In this document: positions 47,544-48,072 of the stretch, piece after piece
Layout of the letters: each line of letters begins with the position of its first letter
How positions within the stretch are numbered: position 1 is the first letter of the stretch
Sequence record: DRR378314_231
Strand: one strand, 5' to 3'
Length of the DNA stretch: 48,072 nt
Notes under the pieces: generated by a model
Databases searched by the model: none
The model's input: only the letters and a program-made list of their open reading frames with translations
Told to the model about the DNA's origin: nothing
Position numbers and translations under genes: made by a program

Positions 47544-48072
47544 ATGACGAAACGCGGCCTGACCCCGGAAGAATCCCGTGCCTGGGCGCGTGTGGCGAAA
47601 ACGATCAAGCCGATCGGGCCGGCGCAGGACAGTCTGGAAGATTTTGAGCGTGCGCTGGAGGCGGGTGAGCCGGTATCCCCGAACCGTCCGCGCAAATCAT
47701 CCGCCAGCGGCCTGATTGCTGCGGCGGGCCGGGCGATCGAAACGCCAAAACAGTCCGCTCGCGCGGCTGACCGAAAGGGTGAAAAACGCGTACGCCGCGG
47801 CCGACTGGAGCTGGCAGGCAGGATTGACCTGCACGGCCATACTCAGGCTTCAGCCGAAGCGATGCTGCACACATTCCTGAAACGCAGTCGGGCCGAAGGC
47901 GCGCGCTGCGTGCTGGTGATTACAGGTAAAGGACGCGGGGGCGAGGGGGTGCTTCGCCGGAATTTTCTGGATTGGGTTCAGGGGCCTGAGGCCAGTCATC
48001 TTGTGTCTGGCTATTCAGAGGCTCATGCGCGTCATGGAGGCTCTGGTGCATTCTATCTTTTTCTTCGTCGGT
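47544..48072 (+). CDS. Smr/MutS2-domain protein (runs off the window end)
   Basis: Manual translation MTKRGLTPEESRAWARVAKTIKP...RIDLHGHTQ...CVLVITGKG.GG.GVLRR...HGGSGAFYLFLRR; no stop within the window. Confidence 0.88.
   Translation, partial: MTKRGLTPEESRAWARVAKTIKPIGPAQDSLEDFERALEAGEPVSPNRPRKSSASGLIAAAGRAIETPKQSARAADRKGEKRVRRGRLELAGRIDLHGHTQASAEAMLHTFLKRSRAEGARCVLVITGKGRGGEGVLRRNFLDWVQGPEASHLVSGYSEAHARHGGSGAFYLFLRR

Overview
Origin-of-replication region of an alphaproteobacterial chromosome. The gene order is Caulobacter-like, so Caulobacterales/Hyphomonadaceae is inferred; no database search was run. The right two-thirds is the conserved ori block: lolA, xth, cenR, an L,D-transpeptidase, yggS, an ntrZ-like gene, a porin, leuS-lptE-holA, parB-parA-rsmG-mnmG-mnmE-rho-hemJ-hemH-hemE, oriC, then ppsR(PDRP)-maf-aroE-coaE-dnaQ, secB and tim44-mltA-smr. 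The left third holds a partial diguanylate cyclase, three small orphan ORFs, dispersed hisF/hisE, a GT2/DUF6065-like/ProX/TonB-receptor/TPR-sulfotransferase neighbourhood, ftsK, a fasciclin protein, amtB without glnK, and a cnoX operon. The most notable signals are non-coding: (1) oriC has four exact GAGTCACAGG 10-mers, seven GANTC sites, two CtrA boxes and one perfect DnaA box; (2) an identical GGAAC-N17-CATTGAT ECF/SigT-type promoter sits upstream of two paralogous ~60-70 aa proteins and the fasciclin gene; (3) a candidate CtrA-associated multi-hairpin sRNA with C-rich anti-SD loops lies between lolA and xth; (4) two perfect parS palindromes are embedded in rsmG and mnmG codons. No CRISPR array, rRNA, tRNA or mobile element was recognised.
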